A stretch of 64,000 bases of DNA from an uncultured Acetatifactor sp. (GTDB lineage Bacteria > Bacillota > Clostridia > Lachnospirales > Lachnospiraceae), in assembly GCA_910578185.1 (NCBI GenBank), contig CAJTPN010000002.1:117158-181157 (forward strand), in the 5' to 3' direction. A program made the translations under genes and the position numbers. This document shows positions 9,519-20,127 of this stretch, piece after piece (within the stretch, counting starts at the first letter, position 1; each line of letters starts with the position of its first letter). The notes beneath the pieces are model-generated. The model saw only the letters and a list, made by a program, of their open reading frames with translations. It was not told the origin of the DNA and searched no databases.

Positions 9519-11540
9519 ATGAGAAAGGGTTTTTTGCCCATATCCAGGGAGGATATGGAAAGAGAAGGGATAGAGCAGCTGGATTTTGTATATATTATAG
9601 GGGACGCCTATGTGGATCATCCTTCCTTTGGACATGCCATAATCAGCCGGGTGCTCCAGGCCCATGGATATACGGTGGGAATTATTTCCCAGCCGGATTG
9701 GCGGAACGATAAGAGTATTGGCATATTGGGAAAGCCCAAACTGGCATTCCTGATATCGGGCGGGAACATGGACAGCTGCGTGAATCATTACTCTGTTTCA
9801 AAAAAGAGACGAACTACGGATGCTTATACCCCAGGAGGAGAGATCGGTAAGAGACCGGATCATGCAACGGTGGTATATGGAAATCTGATACGGAGAACTT
9901 ATAAGGAGATTCCTATTATTATCGGCGGCATTGAGGCAAGTCTGCGGCGTCTTGCCCATTACGACTATTGGTCGGATTCCTTCAAACGCTCCATTCTTCT
10001 GGATAGTCAGGCGGATCTGATTTCTTATGGTATGGGTGAGAAATCTATTGTGGAGATCGCCCACGCGCTCTCAAGCGGAATTTCGGTACGGGATATTACT
10101 TTTATACAGGGAACTGTCTACCGCACAAGGGAAATCACACCCTGTCTTTTGGAGAAGTCCGACCGTTTTGATCCGATAGTCTTGCCTTCCTATGATGCCA
10201 TGCAAATGGATAAAACGCTGTATGCCAAAAGCTTTGCCATACAGAATGAAAACACGGATTTTTGTACAGGAAGGCCGTTAGTGGAAGCATATCCCAACGG
10301 CATTTATGTGGTGCAGAATCCGCCCCAGCCGCCTTTGAGCATGGAAGAGATGGACGATATTTACGCTTTGCCTTATATGCGGACATATCATCCTTCCTAT
10401 GAGGAAAAAGGCGGGGTGCCGGCCATTGCTGAGATTAAATTTTCATTGATCAGCAACAGGGGATGTTTTGGGGGGTGCAGTTTTTGTGCCTTGACCTTTC
10501 ATCAGGGACGTACGGTTCAGGTCAGGAGTCATGATTCCATTGTGGAAGAGGCAAAGCTTATCATTCAGGATCCGGACTTTAAAGGGTATATTCATGATGT
10601 GGGAGGCCCCACTGCCAATTTCAGATATCCTTCCTGCGCAAAACAGCTGCGTCAGGGTGTCTGCAAAAACAGACAATGCCTGTTTCCGTCTCCATGCGGC
10701 AATCTGAAAGTGGATCACCGAGATTATCTGGAATTGCTTCGAAAACTGCGAGGACTTCCAGGAGTGAAAAAGGTCTTTGTGCGCTCGGGCATTCGTTTTG
10801 ACTATCTGTTGGCAGATGGGGACGATACCTTTTTTCGGGAATTGGTGCAGCATCATGTCAGCGGTCAGTTGAAAGTGGCGCCGGAGCATATCTCGGATTC
10901 GGTTCTGAGATATATGGGGAAACCCACAAATGACATCTATGAGAGGTTTACGGCTAAATACAGGAAATTAAACGAAGAACTGGGGAAAAATCAGTTTCTG
11001 GTGCCTTATCTGATGTCTTCTCATCCCGGTTCCACCTTGAAAGAGGCGGTGGAGTTGGCGGAATATTTAAGGGATCTGGGATATATGCCGGAACAGGTGC
11101 AGGACTTTTATCCCACGCCGTCCACGGCATCTACCGTGATGTATTATACGGGAATAGATCCCAGGGATGGGAAATCCGTGTATGTCTGCAGGAATCCCCA
11201 TGAAAAAGCCATGCAGAGAGCCTTGATTCAATACCGTAATCTTAAAAATTATGAACTGGTTTACGAGGCGCTGATGAAAGCGGGCAGGAAAGATTTGATC
11301 GGATATGATAAAAAATGTCTGATACGGCCGCGAAATATGGCAGGTGCCAGGAGAGAAGACGGCGTATTACGGAAGGGAGAAAATAAAAAGGCGCCGAAAG
11401 TTAACGAAGGAAAACGGCATGGAAAGGGAGACGGCGCTTACCGGCAAAGGGATGGCGTTTCGTCAAATCAAGGGAAAACAGATAAGAAGAAAAAGAAAAC
11501 AATCCGTAACGTCCATGCACGGAAGGGTGGAAAGCCATAA
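9519..11540 (+). CDS. YgiQ-family (UPF0313) radical SAM protein
   Basis: GDAYVDHPSFG, CFGGCSFC, QVQDFYPTP; Lys/Arg-rich tail. Confidence 0.92.
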   Translation: MRKGFLPISREDMEREGIEQLDFVYIIGDAYVDHPSFGHAIISRVLQAHGYTVGIISQPDWRNDKSIGILGKPKLAFLISGGNMDSCVNHYSVSKKRRTTDAYTPGGEIGKRPDHATVVYGNLIRRTYKEIPIIIGGIEASLRRLAHYDYWSDSFKRSILLDSQADLISYGMGEKSIVEIAHALSSGISVRDITFIQGTVYRTREITPCLLEKSDRFDPIVLPSYDAMQMDKTLYAKSFAIQNENTDFCTGRPLVEAYPNGIYVVQNPPQPPLSMEEMDDIYALPYMRTYHPSYEEKGGVPAIAEIKFSLISNRGCFGGCSFCALTFHQGRTVQVRSHDSIVEEAKLIIQDPDFKGYIHDVGGPTANFRYPSCAKQLRQGVCKNRQCLFPSPCGNLKVDHRDYLELLRKLRGLPGVKKVFVRSGIRFDYLLADGDDTFFRELVQHHVSGQLKVAPEHISDSVLRYMGKPTNDIYERFTAKYRKLNEELGKNQFLVPYLMSSHPGSTLKEAVELAEYLRDLGYMPEQVQDFYPTPSTASTVMYYTGIDPRDGKSVYVCRNPHEKAMQRALIQYRNLKNYELVYEALMKAGRKDLIGYDKKCLIRPRNMAGARREDGVLRKGENKKAPKVNEGKRHGKGDGAYRQRDGVSSNQGKTDKKKKKTIRNVHARKGGKP

Positions 11541-11571
11541 ATCTAACGGATATCTGGGAGGTTATAAAAAT

Positions 11572-12345
11572 ATGAACATCATTGTCATAACAGGCGCGTC
11601 TTCAGGCATCGGCATGGAATTTGCGCTGCAGCTGGACAGCCATTTTGAACATATTGACGAATTCTGGCTGATCGCAAGAAACCGGGACAAAATGGAAGAA
11701 ATTGCAAAGGGCCTTAGGCATGCCTCAAGGATTTTCTCTATGGATATTACCCACAAGGATAAGCTGGATGTTCTGGAAAATGCCATAGTTCAGGAGAAGG
11801 CTGTGGTCAGGATGCTGGTTAACTGTGCAGGATATGGTTTGATGGGCAGCTTTGCCGAGCAGGAAGCGGAGGCGGCTTTGGGCATGATCCGTTTAAATTG
11901 TGAGGCGCTGACGGATCTGACTCATCGCATGATTCCTCATATGAGACGCGGGAGCCGTATTATTCAGATGGCGTCCAGCGCGGCATTTATGCCCCAGCCG
12001 TATTTTGCGGTATATGCGGCCACAAAATCATATGTACTCAGTTTTTCCAGAGCGCTTGGAGAAGAACTGAAAAGTGCGGGAATCTATGTTACCAATGTCT
12101 GTCCGGGGCCTGTGGAAACGCCGTTTTTTGATATAGCGGAGTCAACCGGTTCCACGCTGATCGTGAAAAAGTATACCATAGTCAGTGCGGACAGAGTGGT
12201 GGCGTTAGCGTTGCGGGATTCTTATTATAGGCGTTCTTTGTCGGTGTGCAGTTTTCCTATTAAGGCGTTTGGATTGCTTGCAAAAGAATTGCCCCATGAT
12301 CTGTTGTTAAAGATCATCGTGTGGATGAAGCGAAAGGGATTGTAG
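11572..12345 (+). CDS. Short-chain dehydrogenase/reductase
   Basis: ITGASSGIG, NCAG, YAATK; GGAGG RBS before ATG 11572. Confidence 0.92.
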   Translation: MNIIVITGASSGIGMEFALQLDSHFEHIDEFWLIARNRDKMEEIAKGLRHASRIFSMDITHKDKLDVLENAIVQEKAVVRMLVNCAGYGLMGSFAEQEAEAALGMIRLNCEALTDLTHRMIPHMRRGSRIIQMASSAAFMPQPYFAVYAATKSYVLSFSRALGEELKSAGIYVTNVCPGPVETPFFDIAESTGSTLIVKKYTIVSADRVVALALRDSYYRRSLSVCSFPIKAFGLLAKELPHDLLLKIIVWMKRKGL

Positions 12346-12351
12346 GATATT

Positions 12352-12936
12352 ATGTGGCTGAGAAGATTATTTTTTACGGAAAGTTTGAAAGGAACCAGGA
12401 ATTATCTGGACACCCAGAAAAAATATGAGATCATTCGCACGTTGATCTATTTTGCGGTTTCTCTTTCTCTCTTTGCGGCAGGTTATATTCAGACAAAGAC
12501 AAAAGTCAATCTTTTAACGATTGTAGCGGTGCTGGGATGCCTGCCCGCCAGCAAAAGCGCCATCAGCGTCATCATGTTTCTGCGATTTAGAAGTTTTGGC
12601 GGACAGGCTGCGGAAGAAGCCGCCCGTAAGGGAGAAGGACTAAGTTGTCTGTTTGACATGGTTTTTACTTCTTACAAAAAGAATTATATCATTGGGCATC
12701 TGGCGGTAAGGGGAAGTACGGTATGTGGCTTTTCCGAGGACGGAAAATTTGAGGAAAACGATTTTTATAAGCATATCGGAGACCTTTTAAAATTGGACGG
12801 ACACCAGAATGTGACCGTAAAAATATTTACGGATCAGGCAAAATACATGGAAAGGCTGGGGCAGATGAAGCTGCTGGAAGCAGAGGAGGCCAAAACGCAG
12901 GCGATAATTGCTACGCTGAAAAGTGTGGCATTGTGA
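12352..12936 (+). CDS. Hypothetical membrane protein with two N-terminal helices
   Basis: Operon-like spacing; hydrophobic segments LIYFAVSLSLFAAG and LLTIVAVLGCLPA. Confidence 0.7.
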   Translation: MWLRRLFFTESLKGTRNYLDTQKKYEIIRTLIYFAVSLSLFAAGYIQTKTKVNLLTIVAVLGCLPASKSAISVIMFLRFRSFGGQAAEEAARKGEGLSCLFDMVFTSYKKNYIIGHLAVRGSTVCGFSEDGKFEENDFYKHIGDLLKLDGHQNVTVKIFTDQAKYMERLGQMKLLEAEEAKTQAIIATLKSVAL

Positions 12937-12960
12937 TTATGCGGGAAAAAAGGGAGTATT

Positions 12961-14088
12961 ATGCAATCGGTTCAAATTGGAAAGAATCAGGCGGGACAGC
13001 GGCTGGATAAATTTTTACATAAGTATCTGCCCAATGCGGGCAAAAGCTTTTTATATAAGATGCTCCGCAAGAAAAATATCACTTTAAACGGAAAAAAGGC
13101 GGAAGGCTCGGAAATCCTGATGGTTGGAGATGAGGTCAGGGTATTTTTTTCGGAGGAAACCTTTGCAAAATTTTCCGGCGGGAGTTTCGCCGGAGCATGT
13201 CTTGATGCTGCAGCTATGGAAGACGGACGGCTAAAGGGTGGAGAGCGAACGGGGAAAGGTGCGGAAACGGCAGATCTGGCGGAGGAATGTTTGACGGCCT
13301 ATGAACGGCTGAGGGGAATTTCCGTTGTGTATGAAGATGCGGATTGTCTGATTCTGGATAAGCCCGCCGGTATTCTGACGCAGAAAGCGGAAAAGGCGGA
13401 CTTAAGCCTCAATGAATGGATGATTGGCTATCTTCTGGTACGGAATCCGGCTTTTCGGAAAGAACTTTCCACTTTTCATCCCTCAGTATGCAACCGATTG
13501 GACCGGAATACCAGCGGTATCGTCCTATGTGGGAAAAGTCTTGCAGGATCCCAATACTTAAGTCAGTGTATCAGGGAGAGAAAGGTTCATAAGTTTTATA
13601 TGGCTATCTGTGCAGGGGAATTTTTAAAAGAGCAAAGGGTGGACGGCTATCTTGTAAAAGATTTGGTAAACAATGTTGTAAAGGTTACGAAGATACCATC
13701 CGGGGGAGAGTCTGAGGAAAAATCTCTGCGGATCAGCACGGTGTACAGACCTGTGGAAGCTGTGGCAGGTTATACCCTGCTGGAAGTGGAGCTGATCACA
13801 GGGAAGACACATCAAATACGCGGACAGCTGGCAAGTATGGGATTTCCGCTGGTTGGCGACAGAAAGTATGGCAGTGCATCAGAAAACAGCAAATTAAGAA
13901 GAAAATATGGTCTGGAATATCATCTGTTGCACGCGGGACGCGTTGTATTTGAGACGGATGCCTATGGTATTCCAGGGCAAACGCTGCCGGGTAAGCGCTT
14001 TTGTGCCCCATGTCCGGAAACTTTTATACGGATTGGGCGGGAATTGGGGTTTGAGAAGCTTTGGAATAATCAAAACACAGATATGTGA
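12961..14088 (+). CDS. RluA/RluC-family pseudouridine synthase
   Basis: GQRLDKFL, DKPAG, NRLDRNTSG, TGKTHQIR, LLHA. Confidence 0.92.
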   Translation: MQSVQIGKNQAGQRLDKFLHKYLPNAGKSFLYKMLRKKNITLNGKKAEGSEILMVGDEVRVFFSEETFAKFSGGSFAGACLDAAAMEDGRLKGGERTGKGAETADLAEECLTAYERLRGISVVYEDADCLILDKPAGILTQKAEKADLSLNEWMIGYLLVRNPAFRKELSTFHPSVCNRLDRNTSGIVLCGKSLAGSQYLSQCIRERKVHKFYMAICAGEFLKEQRVDGYLVKDLVNNVVKVTKIPSGGESEEKSLRISTVYRPVEAVAGYTLLEVELITGKTHQIRGQLASMGFPLVGDRKYGSASENSKLRRKYGLEYHLLHAGRVVFETDAYGIPGQTLPGKRFCAPCPETFIRIGRELGFEKLWNNQNTDM

Positions 14089-14099
14089 GGAGTCAAGTT

Positions 14100-14633
14100 A
14101 TGGCTACATGGAATTCCCGGGGGCTTAGGGGATCCGCCCTGGAAGACATGATTAACAGAACAAATGAAAAATATGCCGAGGCAGGTCTGGCTCTGATTCA
14201 AAAGATCCCAACCCCCATCACTCCCATTAAAATCGACAAGGAGCATCGCCAGATTACATTGGCATACTTTGAACAGAAAAGTACGGTGGATTATATCGGC
14301 GCTGTGCAGGGGATTCCGGTATGCTTTGATGCAAAAGAGTGTGCGACGGATACCTTTGCTCTTCAGAATATTCATGAACATCAGGTAAATTTCATGGAGA
14401 GGTTTGAAAGCCAGGGCGGAATTTCCTTTTTCCTGATTTATTATACACATAAAGATGTTATGTATTATCTGCCTTTGGAAATGCTTTTGTTTTTCTGGAA
14501 TCGGGCCAAAGATGGAGGCAGGAAAAGTTTCCGCTTCGAAGAATTGAATCCGGAATATATTTTGCCGCGAAAACATGGGGTTTTAGTACCATATCTGGAT
14601 GCTTTGCAGAAAGATTTAGATGATAGGGCTTGA
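14100..14633 (+). CDS. recU: Holliday junction resolvase RecU
   Basis: RGSALE, QKIPTP, STVDYIG, FDAKE, HEHQ. Confidence 0.93.
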   Translation: MATWNSRGLRGSALEDMINRTNEKYAEAGLALIQKIPTPITPIKIDKEHRQITLAYFEQKSTVDYIGAVQGIPVCFDAKECATDTFALQNIHEHQVNFMERFESQGGISFFLIYYTHKDVMYYLPLEMLLFFWNRAKDGGRKSFRFEELNPEYILPRKHGVLVPYLDALQKDLDDRA

Positions 14634-14658
14634 CAGCATGTCAGGCTTACTATATACT
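14630..14658 (+). promoter_or_regulatory. SigmaA promoter of the his operon
   Basis: TTGACA (14630)-17 bp-TATACT (14653); the -35 contains the recU stop codon. Confidence 0.8.
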
Positions 14659-14687
14659 ACTGATAGTTTAATACGCTGCTATGCTAA

Positions 14688-14707
14688 TACATTAGCGTGC
14701 TAAAGTT
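14688..14707. promoter_or_regulatory. Candidate HisR (YerC/TrpR-like) operator
   Basis: TACATTAGCGTGCTAAAGTT near-palindrome just downstream of the his promoter, resembling the Firmicutes HisR motif ACTTTAnnnnnnTAAAGT as I recall it. Confidence 0.65.
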
Positions 14708-14826
14708 CTTTTTGTGTGGATATGACCGGGAAGTGTGAGGTTCTCCCTATTTATCAGGAAGGGACTGCTTGGGTACGAGTATGCTGAAATCGTAAGAGTT
14801 TTGTATGGAAAGGCATGGTTGTCCTT

Positions 14827-16002
14827 ATGGAACAGAATTTATTACATACCCCAGAGGGGGTCAGAGATATTTACGGAAAAGAATATGGCAGGAAGCTGTT
14901 TGTGGAGAAGAAGCTAAGGGAGAGTATCCGGCTGTACGGTTACGAGGATATTCAGACGCCTACCTTTGAATTTTTTGATGTATTTTCCAGGGAGATCGGT
15001 ACCACGCCCAGCAAAGAGTTATATAAATTCTTTGATAAAGAGGGAAATACGCTGGTGCTGCGTCCGGATTTTACGCCTTCCATCGCCCGCTGTGCTGCGA
15101 AGTATTTTTGTGAAGAAGAGGCGACGCTGCGGTTTGGATATATGGGCAATGCATTTACAAATACATCCAATCTTCAGGGAAAACTGAAGGAAGTGACACA
15201 GATGGGAGTGGAACTGATAGGGGATACTTCCGTGGAAGCAGATGCGGAGATGATTAGTCTTGTGGTGAGGTCTTTGCTGAATGTGGGTCTGGAGCGTTTT
15301 CAGGTTACAATAGGAGAGGTGGAATATTTTAAGGGACTGTGTGAGGAAGCCGGGCTGGATGAAGAGACGGAACTTGATTTGCGCGATTGCATCTCGGGAA
15401 AAAATTATTTTGCGGCACAGGAACTTTTATTGGAGCGGGGAGTAGCGGAAATTTACCAGGAAAAGCTTTTAAAGGTGGCAGATTGGTTCGGTGATCTGGG
15501 CTCCCTAACGGAGGCAAGACAGATGGCGAAAAACTCCCGTTCGCTGGCTGCTCTTGACAGGCTTGAAAAACTTCACGAAATATTGAAGCTGTATGAGGTG
15601 GCGGACTATGTTTCGTTTGATCTTGGAATGTTAAGCAAATACCGCTACTATACAGGCATGATTTTTAAGGCTTATACATACGGAGTGGGGGAAGCAGTTG
15701 TAAAGGGAGGACGGTATGACAGATTGCTGCAGCAATTCGGGAAAGACGCCCCGGCCGTTGGATTTGTGATAGTGATTGACAGTATTTTGGAAGCACTTTC
15801 CAGGCAGGGGGTACCGCTTCCGGTTTGCAGTGAGACGAGAAAAATATTCTACACGGAAGAGAATTTCCGGGAAAAGCTTGCAGAGGTACAAAAACTGCGC
15901 AGCCAGGGAATTCAGGCGGCCTTTAGCCCAGTTAAGCGGGAAAGAACAGAAACGGAAGGCTGCTCTCATAACCATTGCGCCGAGAGTGATTTATCCTTTT
16001 AG
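14827..16002 (+). CDS. hisZ: ATP phosphoribosyltransferase regulatory subunit
   Basis: TPEGVRD, LRPDFTPSIAR, YYTG, GGRYD; precedes short hisG. Confidence 0.93.
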   Translation: MEQNLLHTPEGVRDIYGKEYGRKLFVEKKLRESIRLYGYEDIQTPTFEFFDVFSREIGTTPSKELYKFFDKEGNTLVLRPDFTPSIARCAAKYFCEEEATLRFGYMGNAFTNTSNLQGKLKEVTQMGVELIGDTSVEADAEMISLVVRSLLNVGLERFQVTIGEVEYFKGLCEEAGLDEETELDLRDCISGKNYFAAQELLLERGVAEIYQEKLLKVADWFGDLGSLTEARQMAKNSRSLAALDRLEKLHEILKLYEVADYVSFDLGMLSKYRYYTGMIFKAYTYGVGEAVVKGGRYDRLLQQFGKDAPAVGFVIVIDSILEALSRQGVPLPVCSETRKIFYTEENFREKLAEVQKLRSQGIQAAFSPVKRERTETEGCSHNHCAESDLSF

Positions 16003-16037
16003 TGCCGTGGCGCATCGACTTTAATAGGAGAAACGGG

Positions 16038-16691
16038 ATGTTGAATGAGGATCGATATTTGACGTTTGCATTGGGCAAGGGCAGACTTGCAAATAAAACA
16101 TTGGAACTGTTTGAGCGAATGGGCATCACCTGCGAAGAAATGAAGGACAAAAACTCCAGAAAGCTGATCTTTGTAAACGAGGAGCTGAAGTTAAAATTTT
16201 TCCTGGCAAAGGGTCCCGATGTGCCCACTTATGTGGAATACGGCGCCGCAGATATCGGCGTGGTGGGACGGGATACGGTTATGGAAGAAAACAGGAACGT
16301 ATATGAAGTGCTGGATTTAGGCTTTGGCAAATGCAGGATGTGTGTCTGTGGGCCTGTATCGGCAAAGGAACTGCTTCTGCATCACGAACGCATTCGGGTA
16401 GCCAGCAAATATCCCAATATTGCAAGGGACTACTTCTATGATAAGAAACATCAGACAGTGGATATTATCAAGTTAAACGGTTCCGTGGAGCTTGGACCGT
16501 TGGTAGACTTGTCCGAAGTGATTGTGGACATTGTGGAAACCGGTTCCACTTTGCGTGAGAACGGATTGGAAGTATTGGAGGAAATATGTCCGCTTTCTGC
16601 CAGAATGATCGTAAATCCGGTCAGTATGCAAATGGACAGGCGGCGTATTCAGGATTTGGTGGGAAGGATTCGTGCAATGTTGGGATCTTGA
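16038..16691 (+). CDS. hisG: ATP phosphoribosyltransferase, short form
   Basis: KGRL, DVPTYVEYGAADIG, GSVEL, DIVETGSTLRENGL. Confidence 0.96.
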   Translation: MLNEDRYLTFALGKGRLANKTLELFERMGITCEEMKDKNSRKLIFVNEELKLKFFLAKGPDVPTYVEYGAADIGVVGRDTVMEENRNVYEVLDLGFGKCRMCVCGPVSAKELLLHHERIRVASKYPNIARDYFYDKKHQTVDIIKLNGSVELGPLVDLSEVIVDIVETGSTLRENGLEVLEEICPLSARMIVNPVSMQMDRRRIQDLVGRIRAMLGS

Positions 16692-16742
16692 TAGAAAATA
16701 GTTGGTAAATCGTTATATTGTTATGATGAGAAAGAGGCGTAT

Positions 16743-18035
16743 ATGAGAATCGTAGAATTATCACATGAGACAAAGGCAAGTATTCTGAATGATCTGTTGA
16801 AAAGAAGTCCCAATAACTACACACAGTATGAGGAAACCGTAAACGAAATCATAGGCAAGGTGAGGACACAGAGGGACAGCGCATTATTTGACTATACGTT
16901 AAAATTTGACGGCTTTGCATTAAATGCGGGTAATATCAAAGTGACGAAGGAGGAGATCGCAGAGGCATATGAAAGGCTGGATGAAGACCTGATCAAAGTA
17001 ATCCGCAAGTCTGGGGAGAACATCCGCATCTTTCATACCAAACAGCTTCGCAACAGTTGGTTTGACGCAAGGGAAGACGGAAGTATCTTGGGTATGAAGT
17101 TTACGCCTATTGCAAGTGCCGGAGTCTATGTACCCGGAGGAAAGGCCGCATATCCGTCCAGCGTGCTTATGAATGTGATCCCGGCCAAGGTGGCAGGGGT
17201 TTCAAAACTGATAATGACCACGCCGCCCGGAGCGGACGGGAAAGTAAATCCCGGAACATTGGTGGCTGCGGATATAGCGGGCGTGGATGATATCTATAAG
17301 GTGGGGGGAGCCCAGGCGATTGCGGCGATGGCCTTTGGAACGGAATCCATTCCAAAAGTGGATAAAATTACCGGTCCGGGCAATATTTTTGTGGCCTTGG
17401 CAAAAAAGGCAGTGTACGGACATGTGAGTATTGATTCCGTAGCCGGTCCAAGCGAGATTTTGGTGTTGGCGGACGAGACGGCAAATCCTAAATATGTGGC
17501 GGCGGATCTGCTTTCCCAGGCAGAGCATGACGAACTGGCAAGCGCCATACTGATTACCACTTCCAGAGAGCTTGCACAAAAGGTTTCTAAATGGGTGGAA
17601 GAATTTTTAGAAAAGCTGTCCAGGAAAGATATCATGCGCAAATCTTTGGACAATTACGGTTATATATTGCTGGCGGAAAGCTTGCAGGACGCCGTTGATG
17701 CGGCCAACGAGATTGCTTCCGAGCATCTTGAGATACTGACGGCAAATCCCTTTGAGGTGATGACCAAAATTCGCAACGCCGGCGCAATCTTTCTCGGAGA
17801 ATATGCCTCGGAACCTTTGGGAGATTATTTTGCGGGCCCGAACCATATTCTTCCCACCAATGGTACGGCAAAGTTTTTTTCTCCGGTAAATGTGGATGAT
17901 TTTATCAAAAAGACAAGTATTATTTCCTATTCCAGAGAAGCATTGGAAAGAGTTCACAGAGAGGTTGAAATCTTTGCGGAAAGCGAAGGATTGACTGCCC
18001 ATGCAAACAGTATAAAGGTCAGATTTGAGGAATGA
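16743..18035 (+). CDS. hisD: Histidinol dehydrogenase
   Basis: YVPGGKAAYPSSVLM, GPGN, AGPSE, QAEHD, GDYFAGPNHILPT. Confidence 0.97.
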   Translation: MRIVELSHETKASILNDLLKRSPNNYTQYEETVNEIIGKVRTQRDSALFDYTLKFDGFALNAGNIKVTKEEIAEAYERLDEDLIKVIRKSGENIRIFHTKQLRNSWFDAREDGSILGMKFTPIASAGVYVPGGKAAYPSSVLMNVIPAKVAGVSKLIMTTPPGADGKVNPGTLVAADIAGVDDIYKVGGAQAIAAMAFGTESIPKVDKITGPGNIFVALAKKAVYGHVSIDSVAGPSEILVLADETANPKYVAADLLSQAEHDELASAILITTSRELAQKVSKWVEEFLEKLSRKDIMRKSLDNYGYILLAESLQDAVDAANEIASEHLEILTANPFEVMTKIRNAGAIFLGEYASEPLGDYFAGPNHILPTNGTAKFFSPVNVDDFIKKTSIISYSREALERVHREVEIFAESEGLTAHANSIKVRFEE

Positions 18036-18059
18036 GACAGGGGAGGGCGGCGCAGGTAT

Positions 18060-18647
18060 ATGAGAGCAGCGGCGGTAGACAGAAAAACAAAAGAGACGGA
18101 TATCTCCGTCACATTCAATCTGGATGGAACTGGCCAGGCTGAAATCTCCACCGGCATCGGTTTTTTTGATCATATGCTGGAGGCGTTTGCAAGGCATGGT
18201 TTCTTTGATTTGATATGCAAAGTGGAAGGGGATTTGCAGGTGGATGGTCATCATACTGTGGAGGATACCGGAATTGTAATCGGTCAGGCAATCCAACAGG
18301 CCGTGGGGGAGAAAAAAGGGATTTGCCGTTATGGTTCTTTTATCCTTCCCATGGACGATGCACTGGTGCTTTGCGCCGTTGATCTGTGTGGCAGACCATA
18401 CTTAAACTTTCAATGTACATTCCCTGGAGAGCGGGTGGGCGGACTGGATACGGAGCTGGTAAGAGAATTTTTCTATGCGGTATCTTACAGCGCAGGTATG
18501 AATCTGCACTTAAAAATGTTGGATGGACACAATTCCCACCATATCATCGAGGCTATGTTTAAGGCGTTCGCGAAGGCCCTGGATCAGGCGGTAAGTGCGG
18601 AGTCCCGTGTCAGCGGTGTGCTGAGCACAAAGGGAAGTCTGGGATAA
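18060..18647 (+). CDS. hisB: Imidazoleglycerol-phosphate dehydratase
   Basis: [27 protein letters not shown]. Confidence 0.97.
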   Translation: MRAAAVDRKTKETDISVTFNLDGTGQAEISTGIGFFDHMLEAFARHGFFDLICKVEGDLQVDGHHTVEDTGIVIGQAIQQAVGEKKGICRYGSFILPMDDALVLCAVDLCGRPYLNFQCTFPGERVGGLDTELVREFFYAVSYSAGMNLHLKMLDGHNSHHIIEAMFKAFAKALDQAVSAESRVSGVLSTKGSLG

Positions 18648-18711
18648 TTTTGGGAAATCGTGCAACAAGGTTATGGACTTTCACAGTATTTGTTACGAAA
18701 GGATGACTAGG

Positions 18712-20004
18712 ATGATAAAGAAATTTGTTCCCTGTATTTATCTGTATCGGGGGCATGCGGTAAAAGGGTTAACGGATACTGCCGTGGTGGAAGTGGACCC
18801 ACTGCGGCTGGTGCAGATATATAACAAGAATAACGCCGACGGGCTCATTGTGTTTGATATGTCCGAGAGGGAGGACGGAGATGAGGCGCATGAGGCAGCA
18901 TTGGATCGGATCAAGGATATCTGTGCCGTTGCGGAAATGGATGTAATAGGCGCAGGAAACATAAAGCGCATGGAGGATGTTAAAAAATTACTCTATGCGG
19001 GATGCAGGCGTGCGGTGCTGGATTACCGCAGGGAAGATAATATTGTTGTCACAGAAGAAGTTTCCCTGAAATTTGGCAGGGATAAGATTCTTGCCTCCTA
19101 CGAAGATGCGGACACTGTGGCTCAGCACAGAGAATTGCTGGAACGGTATGTATCGGAACTTATCCTGCTGAATCCCCATCAGATCAGAGAAACAGAGAGT
19201 GCCATAGGACTGCCCTTTTTGGTACAGGTAAACCAGATTGCCTTGAATAAACTCATGGAGATATTTGCCTACAAACAGGTAAGTGGTGTCACCGGTAATA
19301 CCATTAACGATAACTGTTTTGAGATCATGGCTCTGAAAGGGCTCTGCAGGGAAAACGGAATCAAGGTGGAGACATTTGAGGCAGCTTATCAGTGGGAGGA
19401 TTTTAAAAAGAACAACGACGGGCTGGTTCCGGTCATTGTCCAGGATTACCGTACACAGGAAGTGTTGATGATGGCGTACATGAATCAGGAGGCGTATCAG
19501 CAGACATTGCGTACAGGCCAGATGACATATTTCAGCAGGAGCCGCAGTGAACTCTGGCTGAAAGGAGAGACCAGCGGTCATTATCAGTATGTAAAGAGTC
19601 TGGCTGCAGATTGTGATATGGATACGATTCTGGCGAAAGTATCCCAAGTGGGAGTTGCATGCCATACCGGGGCAAGGAGCTGTTTTTTTAACAAGATTGC
19701 CAGAAAGGAATATGAGGTTATAGAGAATCCCCTGCAGGTTTTCGAAGAGGTGTTGGCAGTGATCAGGGACAGAAAAATACATCCCAAGGAAGGGTCTTAT
19801 ACCAATTATCTTTTTGATAAGGGAATTGATAAGATATTGAAGAAGCTGGGGGAAGAGGCGACGGAGATCGTCATTGCCGCCAAAAATCCCAATGCCAATG
19901 AAATAAAGTATGAAATCAGCGATTTTCTTTATCATATGATGGTACTTATGGTGGAGAAGGACGTTAGCTGGGAGGAAATTACAACAGAACTTGCCAACAG
20001 GTGA
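18712..20004 (+). CDS. hisIE: HisIE with an N-terminal HisF/HisA-like barrel domain
   Basis: His[23 protein letters not shown]. His[25 protein letters not shown]-terminal region is HisF-like ([20 protein letters not shown]). Confidence 0.92.
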   Translation: MIKKFVPCIYLYRGHAVKGLTDTAVVEVDPLRLVQIYNKNNADGLIVFDMSEREDGDEAHEAALDRIKDICAVAEMDVIGAGNIKRMEDVKKLLYAGCRRAVLDYRREDNIVVTEEVSLKFGRDKILASYEDADTVAQHRELLERYVSELILLNPHQIRETESAIGLPFLVQVNQIALNKLMEIFAYKQVSGVTGNTINDNCFEIMALKGLCRENGIKVETFEAAYQWEDFKKNNDGLVPVIVQDYRTQEVLMMAYMNQEAYQQTLRTGQMTYFSRSRSELWLKGETSGHYQYVKSLAADCDMDTILAKVSQVGVACHTGARSCFFNKIARKEYEVIENPLQVFEEVLAVIRDRKIHPKEGSYTNYLFDKGIDKILKKLGEEATEIVIAAKNPNANEIKYEISDFLYHMMVLMVEKDVSWEEITTELANR

Positions 20005-20030
20005 ATGGATTCTGGCTGGCTATGTTATTG

Positions 20031-20061
20031 AGCGTAAGGAAGAGATTTCTTACGCTTTTTT
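20031..20061 (+). terminator. Intrinsic terminator of the his operon
   Basis: AGCGTAAG...CTTACGCT followed by a T run. Confidence 0.85.
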
Positions 20062-20127
20062 CGTCCAGAGAAAGTAATCAGCTCAACAGATAAGGAATAC
20101 AAATGTTTTTTACAAATAAACAGCATA

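Noticed and set aside
9461..9712. 83-aa ORF overlapping the start of the YgiQ gene
   Set aside because: Out-of-frame overlap with a conserved gene; no motif
11344..11571. N-terminal extension of the SDR ORF
   Set aside because: Overlaps the YgiQ gene; a good RBS and the Rossmann motif place the start at 11572
14722..14787. 21-codon ORF in the his leader as an attenuator peptide
   Set aside because: No His codons, poor RBS and no terminator after it
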